A stretch of DNA of 63,904 nucleotides, filler included, from Folioceros fuciformis (Eukaryota): the NCBI GenBank assembly GCA_049999805.1. It is 6 parts of 6 records of this genome, joined end to end, with 100 filler letters (N's around TTAATTAATTAA, not from the genome) between each part and the next. Parts side by side here need not be neighbours in the genome. Positions count along the whole stretch, not along the records: positions 18,892 to 33,552 come from JBNGIO010004056.1; positions 33,653 to 45,788 come from JBNGIO010004059.1; 4 more parts are not named here. One strand, given 5' to 3'. Each line of letters opens with the position of its first letter. Position 1 is the first letter of the stretch. Shown one piece after another: positions 23,770 through 35,462 of this stretch. Position numbers and translations under genes: made by a program. The notes below the pieces were generated by a model. It was not told the origin of the DNA and searched no databases. It was given only the letters and a program-made list of their open reading frames with translations.

Positions 23770-24016
23770 GTCATAGCTTAATCTCCTGCCATAGGGCTCG
23801 AGCATAGTCACAACGAAAGAAGATGTGTTGATTTTTTGTGAGCCACATCCGCAGTACATAATCGGTTGAACTCTTCTCCGATTGCCACCACCAAGCCTGA
23901 AAGAAACACCATACCATGATATCGACCTTGGGGGTATGCCTTTCGAACCCTAGAGACCCTTGAGCAACGCCTATTGTGGATGCCAAGCAATGCCAATCTC
24001 CGTGCTTGTCAGTTTG
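23770..24016 (-). mobile_element. 3' end of an L1/Tx1-like LINE ORF2 (zf-RVT remnant)
   Basis: HIFFRCDYARALWQEI; continues at 30976-32370 on the other side of the Copia insertion. Confidence 0.65.
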
Positions 24017-24355
24017 TGATAATAAGCGGAAGCTTGTTGTAAACATTGAATGAATTAATCAGATACAAAATCGTGTATGTTTGAATACTTACTAAAGTAT
24101 CTACTCACTTTAACCTAACTAGCAGTAGGTTATAATTGGTTAATCTATGTTAGGATATCTTTTATTACCCTTAACACTCCCACTTAGCCGTATACACAGA
24201 TTAATGATTAACAACCATTAAAACTCGTTACGCTTGGGCTACACGGGTTTCTCCACGACTGAAGGGATCGGGCAGTTATTACTCCCACTCTTCAAAAGTT
24301 ACACCTACTCTTGTGATTGTCATTCGTGACTCGTGCGGCTTCAAGGCTGTGAGCT

Positions 24356-25080
24356 ATGGAGCCGTTTCTGGCTGTCTTTATATGCGTGCTCACCACACTT
24401 CTAACATGCAGAGTTGAAGCAGTGCAGATCAGCAAGATGGCGCCAACCAAGAATCGCGTTATGCCTCGCCAAGAGCAACCTCTTGTGCACCAACCTGGAA
24501 TAGGTCATCCAAGCTCAAGTCTAATGAAGACTGAAGACACTGAAGAACCCTCACTTCCAGATTCTCAGCGACGACCAACTATGGCTGACGGGAACATGTT
24601 CTGTCACCTACACGCTGTTCTGAAGAAGTGCGACAAGTTGAAAGAGGCTCTAAAGGAGTCAAGCTGCAGACTGTATGAGTTGCAGGAGTTGCTAACTCCC
24701 ATGCCTGATCCTAAGGATCTTAACCATCCTTTGACAGAGATAGAGTGTCAGCACTTGGTGTAGGAGCTAATCCTGATGGGTTACGTTGAAGAGGTTGACG
24801 GTGGAAAACCTTACAGTCCCACTCACGTTTACTGGTAAGCGACTGAGACTGCTACCATATAGTTTCCTGCAGATAGTTTATGCTTCGTACTCTAACTTGT
24901 TGGCTTCATCCACTAAACTGTTGCTACCTGAATTTGCCTGTATCATGAAGGACAACAACGGGAAGATATTTGAGCAGAGAGGCTGGGAGTCTGGACCTCC
25001 TTAACCATTCGACAATAAACACATCAAGTCCTTGGGTTTCTTCATCCTTCCCGTAGGGCAAGTAATGGCCTCAAGTTGTA
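24356..25080 (+). pseudogene. Antisense ORF between RNase H and the 3' LTR
   Basis: 135-aa ORF with hydrophobic N-terminus (MEPFLAVFICVLTTLLTCRVEA); apparently continues past a TAG and a frameshift into 24786-25004 and beyond. Confidence 0.5.
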
Positions 25081-28000
25081 GAAGAGGGAGTAGGCATAAC
25101 AAAATCCTTCAGCCCAAGAGCTGCCACATGTCTGTAGTGCTTTGTCTCAACAAGCCCCTTAGTCAAAACATCGGCAGTGTTGCTGTTTGTATGTATGTAC
25201 TCAACTTTTACAACTCCTCTTTCTGCTGCATCACGTATAAAATGATGATACAACTCTATGTGTTTTGTACATGCATGAAATCTTGGATTCGAGACCAAGG
25301 CAATGGCACTCATATTATCGCAAAAGAGTTGGGTTGGTTCCTTCTGAGGTAAGTGAATACCATCCAGGAATTGCCTCTCCCACTCCGCTTCCTTACAAGC
25401 ATCTGTTAAGGCTTTATACTCAGCTTCACTACTTGACAGCGCTAACGATGCTTGCTTTTTATAGGACCAATTTATAGATCCTGACGCTAGTTGAAACACA
25501 TAGCTAAAAGGCTCCATTTGGTATCGGCATCTGAAGCCCAGTCGGCATCAGCCCAAGAGGTAAGTACCATCTATTTATGTCCACTGGCTGTATAATGCAA
25601 GCCAAGATGAATTGTTCCCTAAACATATCGATAAATCCTCTTGACAACAGCCTGGGCATTTGAGAAATTGACTAACAATACTCAGTGCATAGGAGATATC
25701 GGGACGAGTCCAGTTGGCAATGAAGATAAGACAACCCACAGCCACAGCATAAAGGTACAGCTTGCATGTCAGCAAGATCTGTAGCAGTTGTTGGGGATAT
25801 GTCTGCTATTAGCTTTACTCCCACTACTGACGGAGTGGATACAGGACAAGTAGCATCAAGACCAAAATGTTTCAAAATCTCCTTGAGATATTTAGTTTGA
25901 TGTAGTATAATTGCTCCAGCAGGCCTATCCCGTAGGATCTGAATTCCAAGGCAAAATTGTAATTCTCCTTGGTCTGTCATCTCAAACTTTGCTCAAAGCA
26001 AGGCCTTTGCCTTATCTAACATTGAGGTACTGTTACTCAAAAGGATGGCATCGTCGACATAAAGGGCAAGAATAACAAAGACGGCCTCTTTTGAGAAATA
26101 AAACACATTGGAGTCTGCCCCACACTGCACAAAGCCCTTCTGCTTTAGGTACTTCATAATTTGTTTATATGAAGCCTGAGGGCTCTGTTTCAATCCGTAG
26201 AGTGTTTTCAGGAGCTTACATACTCGCTGAGGCCACTGGGTACTAACAAAGCCCTCTGTCTGCTCCATGTACAGGACCTCATCCAGCTCACCATGGAGAA
26301 ACGCTGTACAAACATCCATCTAATGAACCTCAAGGTCAAACTCTGCAACCATAGCAAGTAAAATCCAAATAGATGGTGGTTTAACAACAGGAGAAAACGT
26401 CTCCCCATAATCCACTCCAGGCATTTGGCTAAACCCTCTTGCAACTAGTCGAGACTTATAGCGAGCAATTGTGCCATCAGACTTTAGCTTTGTTTTAAAC
26501 GCCCACTTACAAGTGATGGGTTTACGTCCAGAAGGTAAGTCCACCAATTCCCACGTATTGTTCTTAATTAAGCTATTATACTCCTCATTTATACTAACCC
26601 TCCAATGATCACCATTAGGGCCATTGAGGACTTCACTGTACGAGGATCAGGCCTCACTTCTGGGACATAAAAGTTTGCCATATATGCTGATTTTCGAAAA
26701 TCAACAGACTCATATGGTACTTCTGTCCATTCTGACCTTGGCCTCCGTTCTCTAACTGGATAACGTGGAGAAGGAGGTTCAGCAGGAAAGTCAACTCCCA
26801 CTGAATCTATTGGGTCTGATATATCATCTTCACCACCATCAGAACTATCAGACTGTGAGCCATCGCCAGTCATAATATTTGAGTCAAGGCCTTCATCAGG
26901 GCCGACAGGTGGATGAGAACCAGTATCCTCATCAACCTGAACATCTAAAGCTGCCTCTTCACCATCCGAATTAGGATACTCATCTGGTAAAGGTGGTTGA
27001 ACAACAAGCAATACAGTACTAGATGAAGCAGATATTAGAGCATCACCAAAATAGTCAAGGGTTACCTCATTATCTGAATCATCCTGTTCAACAAAGGTAA
27101 CATCTCCCTCAAGTTCTTCATGTGAAGAATCTGATCTAGGAGAGGTAAGTTCACAAAACGTGACACTTCTTGCAAGCACTACCTTATGAGTTTGAGGATT
27201 AATCAACTATTAAGCCTTACTCTCCTCATAGTAACCTAAGAAAAGGTAAGGAATTGCCCTGTCGTCTAACTTCTTCCTTCTTTCTGCAGGAACATATACA
27301 AAGGCAGAGGATCCAAACTCTCTTAAGTGATTTATACTGAGCTTACGTCCCCAGAACACTTCATAAGGGGTCCATCCTCGAACAGTAGATGTAAGTAGCC
27401 TATTCAGTATATATATTGCAGTAGTAATGGCTTCAGCCCAATACTTTTTAGGTAATCCCGCATAAGATAGCATACTCCGAGTCATGCCCATAAGTGTCTG
27501 GTTCTTACGTTCAGCAACACCGTTTTGCTGTTGTGTGTAAGGTACAGCCAGTTGGCGAATGATGCCACACTTTTTAAACAGCTCATCATATTTGTAGCCA
27601 ACAAACTCACCTCCATTGTCTGTTTTTAAGCATTTTACCTGGCAGCCGGTTTGGCGTTGAACCATGACAATCCAAGATGAAATCTGATCAAAAGCATCAC
27701 TTTTGTGTCGCAATGGGTAAGTCCAAGTGTATCTTGAATAATCATCAGTGATTGTTAGATAGTACTCAGCACCTCCGAATGACTTAATTTGTAGTTTTCT
27801 AGCTATGTCAGCATGTACCAACTCTAACAAGGATGTTAACAGCCCTTGTGGCATTCCTATTTTTTAAGGGTAGTTTTTTTCTGTTTGGACAGGACACAGG
27901 AATTGCAAACAGGAAGTGATTTGAAGCATGATGACAACTTCTCTTTATAACAATCTAACGCTGATATAAGGTCAAGTTTGGTTTTATTTACATGACCTAA

Positions 28001-29904
28001 TCTAGCATGCCACAAACTTAGCCCGATTAATCAAAGTGACTGCATAAGCTCGTTCTAACCTCTTGGATGTAGTGAACAGCTGGTACAAGTCGCTAACTAC
28101 TGCAGCTTCTGCTACATGATGGTCTAAATCATCTAAATTGTAAATGTAACAGTGGTTAGCTTCAAAACAGAAACCATACAACTGACTACTTGTAATTGCT
28201 CAGATGGAGAATAGGTTCTTCGACATGGAGGGCACATAGAGGACATCTTCCAACTGAAGTGTTCCTCCACTCATTAAAGGTATGACTACCCATCCAATAC
28301 CTTTAACTACAACTCCTCGAGCATCTCCCACTTAAACTAACTGTGGTGAGGTTGTGTTCCAAAAAGTCGTGAACAATTGCCGGTTGTTGCAAACATGTGC
28401 AGAGGCACCTGATCAATAAACCACACCGATGAAAGCTCACGTGTAGCAGTGAAGCACACAGGCAAGGATGTTGCAGCACTCTTGTGTGAAGGTAACTTTG
28501 AGTTCTTCACAGCAACATGAACTTGTGATACTTTCACATCCTTCTTAGGATTACCAGCTTGCTTCTTACGACAGTCGCGCTCCCAATATCCAGGGATGCC
28601 ACACCAGTGGCAAGTGCCAACTCGTTTAGCAGTTGAGGACGAAATGGAGGTAGGTTTCTTTCCTCCTTTATATGTCCCCTTCCCAAACATTTTGCCCTTG
28701 GCTGCTAACAGCACTTTTTCACCTCGATTTCTGGAACGGGATTTAGACTTGTGATGGCTTTGCTCCTCTTGCAGGAGTGCGCCAATCACATTGTTGAGGT
28801 TGATAGTCGCCGGTCGACCAGCAGCAATAGCAATATATGAAGACTAAAGAGCAACATTCTATTCAGAAATGAAGGTTTGATAGGTGGGAGGCAAATTGCC
28901 AAGCAATTGAGCAACAACATCCACTTCGGACATTATGTTGCCAAGCGTAGCAAGCTATGCCCTTAGGTACCAAAACTTGGTTATATGTGCTCCCAAACTA
29001 TCCCCTTCCTTCAAACGCAAGCGATAGAATTGATTACGAACAGAGACCAGCGTCAATATATTTTGAACCTGGTAAGTGTTTTTAAGTTGCTCCCACACAG
29101 CAGCAGCTATAGGCACGCTTTCAACTTCTGTAACTGTAGTTTCTCCAAGGCTTGAAAGTATGATAGCAAAGGCCACCTTGTTCCCTTTGACAAACTTGTC
29201 TTTAACATCTTGGGGATTGATCGGTGCAGGAACAAGAATCGAGCCATTGGCATACTCCCACACATCACGAGCATCTAGGAATGCCTTCATCCTAGCTCGC
29301 CAGCTTTCATACTTGGTATGAGTACCATCAAAACGGTCTTTTTCCTTGAATTCGCCTTCGAAAGATGCAGTTTGCATTGTTGTCATTTGTGCAATAACAA
29401 TAGGGAGAACAGGTGTAGGAGGAGCAATGATGGAGGAAATTTGAGAAGTTAGAGATTGCAAAAATGACGCCTCTATTTCTGGGTCTGTGTCAGGATCACT
29501 ATCAGTTTCTTCAAAGAGAAGTGAGAGACCTAACATACAGAAAATGTTTATGCATTCATGCAGAGAATACGTAGACGCATCAAATGTTTGCAGGGTATTA
29601 ACTAATAAAAAAACAAATTAATAACAAATCAGAATCGAAACACCACTCCGAAACGACATGGAGATTCGAAACGGTAAGCAAGTGAGCCATAGAAACACCA
29701 AACGTGCCCTAACTTACAAGTTTAAGGATATGACAAGTTGTATGCTCATGACAGGTGTACATAATCTAGGAGCAATGTGCCTACGTGTACATGAAACCAA
29801 CCGTCAGTCATGCACAAGGCGCCTGTTGGTGGCTGGCTGCAAACAGTGCCTGGAGTGGTGAGCTCTGTCCACCTCCAGCTGCAGCACGCCTCTCACCAAT
29901 CCAA

Positions 29905-30495
29905 TCAGGCCGCCTCTGAAGCATCGTACTCGCAAATCGGAGGCGACAGCGTTGGTAAGTACAAGGTAGCTTGAGAATCCATCAGCGAGAGTCCTGGGTC
30001 TGAAACTCTAAGAAAACACGCAATTCTCTGAATAGTCACAGTTTGCACTTGAGAAGTCTCAGAATGCAGGCGTAGATCCTTCGTGAGAGCGGCAATCATT
30101 CGAATTGCTGAATCAATCTGAAAGGTGAGATCTGATCTTGTTCTAAACAGCAGAAGCCAAGTGTCTCGAATGCAACCATCAATTGCTAAACGAGTCACTT
30201 TCAGAATTGAATCTTCATCTTCACAGGGTGACAACACTCTTGATGGTCGTGTTGCTAATCCTCATCTTGAGCTTGGACACAGATTTGCACAACAGATACA
30301 GGAACGCTGATTCCTTTGTTCACCACGTGATATCTCCAATTTTTGAGATACTCTGGGGATGAATGCCTTGCATGAGATTTGTTTAGAGATTCTCCTTGAA
30401 GAATCCTCAAGGTATCTATTTGTGGTAGAAGTCAATTCAGTTTTAAATTCACCTACGCATGGAACATGATGCCTATTTCTAGACCTACGTGTCAT
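29905..30495 (-). pseudogene. Extra ORF upstream of gag (ORF0), one in-frame stop
   Basis: ORFs 30262-30495 and 29905-30237 share a frame (about 196 codons); starts MTRRSRNRHHVPCVGE. Confidence 0.6.
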
Positions 30496-30719
30496 CCCTG
30501 CTGCTCAAATGGGACCAACATAGTTTAATATGTATAATGAACCCATCATAGCTAGACTCATCAAATGCTGTCTAGTGGACATTCCAACATTGCTCAGCGT
30601 GCATAAATGAATGCACACTAAGCTATGTTAAAAGACACCTTGTCTCATCTAGAGCACAGCATCTGCTCTATTTTATAGAGTAGCCTAAATCTATGTACAA
30701 TTGAGCAGCATGGATCAGA

Positions 30720-30871
30720 GAGCCAAAGCTCTGATACCATGATAATAAATGGAAGCTTGTTGTAAACATTGAATGAATTAATTAAATACAAAATCGAGCC
30801 AAAGCTCTGATACCATGATAATAAATGGAAGCTTGTTGTAAACATTGAATGAATTAATTAAATACAAAATC
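30720..30871. repeat. Exact 76-bp tandem duplication spanning the LTR end and PBS
   Basis: 30720-30795 equals 30796-30871; PBS copies end at 30739 and 30815. Confidence 0.92.
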
Positions 30872-30975
30872 GTGTATATTTAAATACTTACTAAAGTGTT
30901 TATTCACTTTAACCTAACTAGCAGTAGGTTATGACTGGTTAATCTATGTCATGATATCTTTTATTACCCTAAACG

Positions 30976-32370
30976 GTTTACGCTCTTTATGCCTCTGGGA
31001 GCAAACCAGGCAATAATACACATGAGAAGTATGGAAGTTAAAGAAAGTCCTGGAATCGGCTTTACCATTCTTCTTCCTTGTAGGCCACCTAAAGAGGTCA
31101 GGACGAAGTGTCAAAGCCCAATTCTCCAACAGATGGAACCAGCATAGTGTCAGAGCCTTGAAGAAGGGGTTGCGCTATTCTGCCACCTCCTGAGGGGTGC
31201 GCCATCTTCCTGCTCTCAAAGTTGGCAAGAGAACAGTAATTGGGCACAACTCCTGAATGTCAACCTCTCTATCTTCATGACCCCCCTTCTCGAGAGCGCC
31301 TGAGGGAGAGAGCACTTTAAAGGATTTAGCCAATCAACGCTTGCCATTGAGCAAGACCTAAACTACTCTATCAAGCTCCGTGTGGTTATGCCCAAACTCG
31401 AAATCAAACCCCTCCTCTACAGCCTCCCAGGCAAACGCCCCCCACGCACCATTGGCCACGACCCCTTGAGTCTCGAGCACTTGGTGGGCTTCCACCTTCA
31501 ATCCTATTTGAATCCACAGGAATTTTGCCTAAATATGCTTCAATGGAACTGTGAACTCCTCCCTAATCACTTCCCATTCTTTCCAACACGCTTCTAACCT
31601 GTTCTAGAGATGACTGACCAGGTACAAACCTTTGCGGCTCGCTGCCCCTAGGATTTGGCAGCAATAGGCGTGAGGTCTGATCTCCGATTCCCACAGCCCT
31701 TGAAAGCTCTATAAGGGAAGACCCAAGATATTGTCTACACCCCCAGGTGGAGCTTGGATTATAAATCTTTTGACCTCAAGGTAGCTGGCCAAAATAGACT
31801 TGAAGAGAGAGGAGCACTCTCACACATCCAATAAGGAGTGATCTGTAAGGATGTTCTCCACTGCTTTCCTACCTTTGGGCACAACACGAGTACAATCAAG
31901 GTGGTGCAAGAGGAAACTCTTCCAAGGGTAGGGAGACAGGTCCGCCGCCTTGACAATCCATTGAGCATGTAGGGCCTTCGTCTTGCATTCCGGGTCAACG
32001 AGACCCAGTCCCCCTATTCTTTTGGGTTGGATCATATGGTGCTAGGCCACTCTGTGGTTATTCCTGAAAAAATCCCCCGTCTTGCTTCAAAGGAAGTTTG
32101 AGATCACTTGGCACAACTTTTTCAAATCCTACTTTGATGGAGCCCACAAGAATAAACAGTACCACAGTGAGGTAGTAAGGATATGGTTGATCACCACAAT
32201 CCGGCCCACCAAATTCATGTCAAGGAGCTGTAGACTTGTTGCTTTCTGAATAAAATAGAGGCATAAATTTCCTCATTCTCGTCTGACTCTTGAAAGGGCA
32301 ACCCCATATATTTGTGTGAAGCCCTTGCTTGAATCCTTGAGATGTGCTTAATGCACTCTAGAAGATCCCT
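30976..32370 (-). mobile_element. L1/Tx1-like LINE ORF2 fragment
   Basis: HKYMGLPF, IGGLGLVDP, KALHAQWIVK; homologous to 46563-47320. Confidence 0.85.
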
Positions 32371-33671
32371 CCTATTGTCGCCCCTGAAGGCGGAGCGTAC
32401 GGCAACGAACAAGGCGACAAGGAAGCGAGCTAAGAGGAGTAAGGGAACTCAGCTTCACCGGAGTGGCGAGCGGACCAATGAGTCTGACCGGGCGACTCAC
32501 CATGACGGTGAGTGTGTGGCACCAATAGGCGACTCCGTCAAGGGGAATGGGTGTCATGAGAGAGGGATGAGAAGAGGGAAGTGGAGCAGGCAGCGGTGTA
32601 GAATGGGTACGAGAGTGTGGGACATAGGCTGTCCACTCACTAAATCAAAGTTCCAAAAGAACACACCAGATTGGAAGCTTACCTTAGGGATTTGTTCCCA
32701 ATCAGTCGTTGAAGTGAGGTCTGTCGGGTTTAGGGTTTAGGGTCATTCTACAGTTCCTGCAAGCGGCCTCCAGGCTCTACCAGCTGGAGGGGAATAGCAT
32801 TGTGGGATTGCTCTTACAATCCGGAAGATTGCTCCTCCAATCGCAATCGGTAGGTTAGCAAAGCCTGTCTAGGACGACCGGACTAGTAGTTGGATCCAAT
32901 GAGCCAAGTCTTATGGTGGGATGGTTGGGGCTACTAGGTGTTGTTCGTTCATCCATAGGAGTTGGCTCCGCCAGCAAAGTTTCCACCGTCTCAATTAAGA
33001 CTCAGAGTAACTTCCCATGGAAGAAGGCATGGCTGTCATCCAATTGTTGGATGGCATCGACTACCATTCTCAGAAGGGTTCTGTACTTTGGTCGCCATCT
33101 CACTTTCGGGAGATTAGCATGCTGGGCAGTGACAGTGTTGACGTACCGACAGAGCTCTTCCAAAGCAGCGAAGGTGATCGTCACCGACTCCCAAAGAGGT
33201 AGAGCGGATACAGCTTTTACATGAGCTTGGAGCAAGGCGACCTCACGTTGGTCCTCCAGGTCTCGAAGTCGGCTAGTTGCGCCTGCAGCTCTTCCAACTT
33301 GGTCCAAAACCCAATCACTCAATCCACGAGCTGCTTTCTCTCCTCCTCCCAGACTTGTCCATCACTTTGCATGGTGTCGAGGGTCTGGGAGAGTTCGGCC
33401 TTCAGTGCTCGAACCTCATGGTGGGCGGCCTTTTCCACCATCTGCAAGGTCCGTAATTTGTGTTGAAATAGCACCACAGGCTTAGAAGGACTCCACTGTT
33501 CCTTTTTTATGGTGCACAGGATGCTACATATATAGCCTTCAGGCGGGGCAACNNNNNNNNNNNNNNNNNNNNNNNNNNNNNNNNNNNNNNNNNNNNTTAA
33601 TTAATTAANNNNNNNNNNNNNNNNNNNNNNNNNNNNNNNNNNNNNNNNNNNNCTTATGTGATGGTTGGCAG

Positions 33672-34581
33672 TGATACTGTTCCTGGGTGCCTGTACAAAA
33701 CCACCTCATCTGTCCATGGTTACGGAGTACATGCACATGGGTTCTCTGTATCGATTAATACACACCACTGGGCAAGGCAAGAAACTGAGTTGGCGGCGAA
33801 GGTTGAAGATGTTGCGCGATATTTGTAGGTCTGTCACTAGTGTATGGCTGTGCATTGTGCGTTGGCCTTCACAGGGTTGAGGGCAGGTTATCCTGTGCTG
33901 TGCTGACTACGGAATTGGTTTGGTGCAGAGGAATGATGTGTATTCACCGAATGAATATTGTGCATCGTGATCTTAAAAGTGCAAATTGTTTAGTGGATAA
34001 GCATTGGGCGGTTAAAATATGTGACTTTGGCCTATCTCGAATAGCTAAAGACGGGCCAGTTCGGGACGCTGCTGCCGCTGGAACACCTGAATGGATGGCA
34101 CCTGAGCTTCTCCGGAACGAACCAGTCTCGGAAAAGTGTGACATATTCAGTCTAGGTGTGATAATGTGGGAGCTTTGTACCCTGAAAAAACCCTGGGATG
34201 GCGTGAAACCCATGCAGGTATGGTTGCGTTCTGCACGTCCTGCTGTGTTTCTCGTGCAACCCAACTGGTTTGATGTGTCCTTTTCTTTGCAGGTTGTCTA
34301 CGCAGTTTCCCAGAAAAAAGCACGGCTGGATTTGCCTGAGGGATTCCTCGGCAAGTTGATTTCGGGTATGCTACATGTACTTTGTCAGACTTTTGTCTGG
34401 ATACTGCCGGTCGTAGTCGAGAATGCTGTTTGAGCTGACGATGCGTTGTGCAGATTGCTGGGAAGAGGNNNNNNNNNNNNNNNNNNNNNNNNNNNNNNNN
34501 NNNNNNNNNNNNNNNNNNNNNNNNNNNNNNNNNNNNNNNNNNNNNNNNNNNNNNNNNNNNNNNNNNNNAGAACTGTCGTGA
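33672..34581 (+). CDS. Raf-like MAPKKK Ser/Thr kinase, C-terminal exons (partial, gapped)
   Basis: [49 protein letters not shown] with GT-AG introns. 5' part lies beyond the linker; the stop at 34579-34581 is tentative because of the N gap. Confidence 0.9.
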
Positions 34582-34867
34582 CCAGTGACAAGTTTTGCAA
34601 AAGCTTGACGTCTTGTCTCGAAAGCATGCCTTTTGTATATGTAGGAACATTTCCGCCAAAAAAGAGTCCTGCACGTACTGCACAATTGTACCATAGATAA
34701 ACGAGATGAATGAGGATTTGTACACTTTCATCGCTGCTTTCACCTTATAGAAAGTCTCGAATCTGTTACATCTCAAGTCTCTTCAGATTTCAAAAAGCTA
34801 CCATTCTCGATATCCGTTTCCTCGAAAGGTGTGTTCGCTGTGTCACTGACAAGGTTTGGCACGGGAA

Positions 34868-35301
34868 TCATATTGAAAGGTTCCTAGGTCCATTCCCCTT
34901 CGACCACTCCACTCCACGGCTCTTCACCAAAATCCATCTCAGCAAACGCTCCTCCTTGTTCAAGTAAGACAACTCTTCAACGATGCTTGGACTCACCATC
35001 ATGGTCATCTGCATCATTTGCGCCTGCACCCAGCAAACGGGGGGCACTGTAAGACAATTGAATGGTGTGAGCGGGTGGCAAGGTACAGTGCACAATAGCT
35101 GGGCTGAGCTAAGATCACCTCACGGTAGCGGCCATCACGCTTCTTAATACCATAGGCCAGTCCTACGCGGCCGAACGACTTCACGTTGGTGATGACTCCT
35201 TGCTTGGAGTAAACGCGCTTGCCAAGACGAGCCAGAAGCTCCACCATGCTGCGCCGCTCCAGCTGCGGCTTCGCCAGCATCACAAAGTCATACAGCGGCA
35301 T
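34868..35301 (-). CDS. RPS6: Bacterial-type ribosomal protein S6 (bS6, probably mitochondrial), 2 exons
   Basis: Exons 35119-35301 and 34868-35023: MPLYDFVML...GLAYGIKK...LNKEERLLRWILVK. Confidence 0.88.
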
Positions 35302-35462
35302 GTTTCCTTCCCTCGGATCGCTAGTCCTGATCTGCCCCGCCAGACCTGCCCTGCCCTGAGCGACTATATCTCGCTCGCTGGTAGGTCACAAGTGTCGTCC
35401 GCGATAAGAAGAGGTAGAAATAGGGTTGGGGGACCGCCCGACTGACCCACATAGAGACCTCG

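Larger units (their letters stand above)
24017..30975 (-). mobile_element. Full-length, pseudogenised Ty1/Copia element
   Basis: 160-bp LTRs 24017-24176 and 30816-30975 (about 15 mismatches by eye); TSD-like GTTTG/GTTTA; PPT GGCTAAGTGGGAG at 24177-24189; iMet PBS; gag with CHWCGIPGYWERDC, integrase, RT (LYVDD), RNase H. Confidence 0.95.

Noticed and set aside
32729-32742. Telomeric TTTAGGG twice
   Set aside because: Only two units; too short to call an interstitial telomere.
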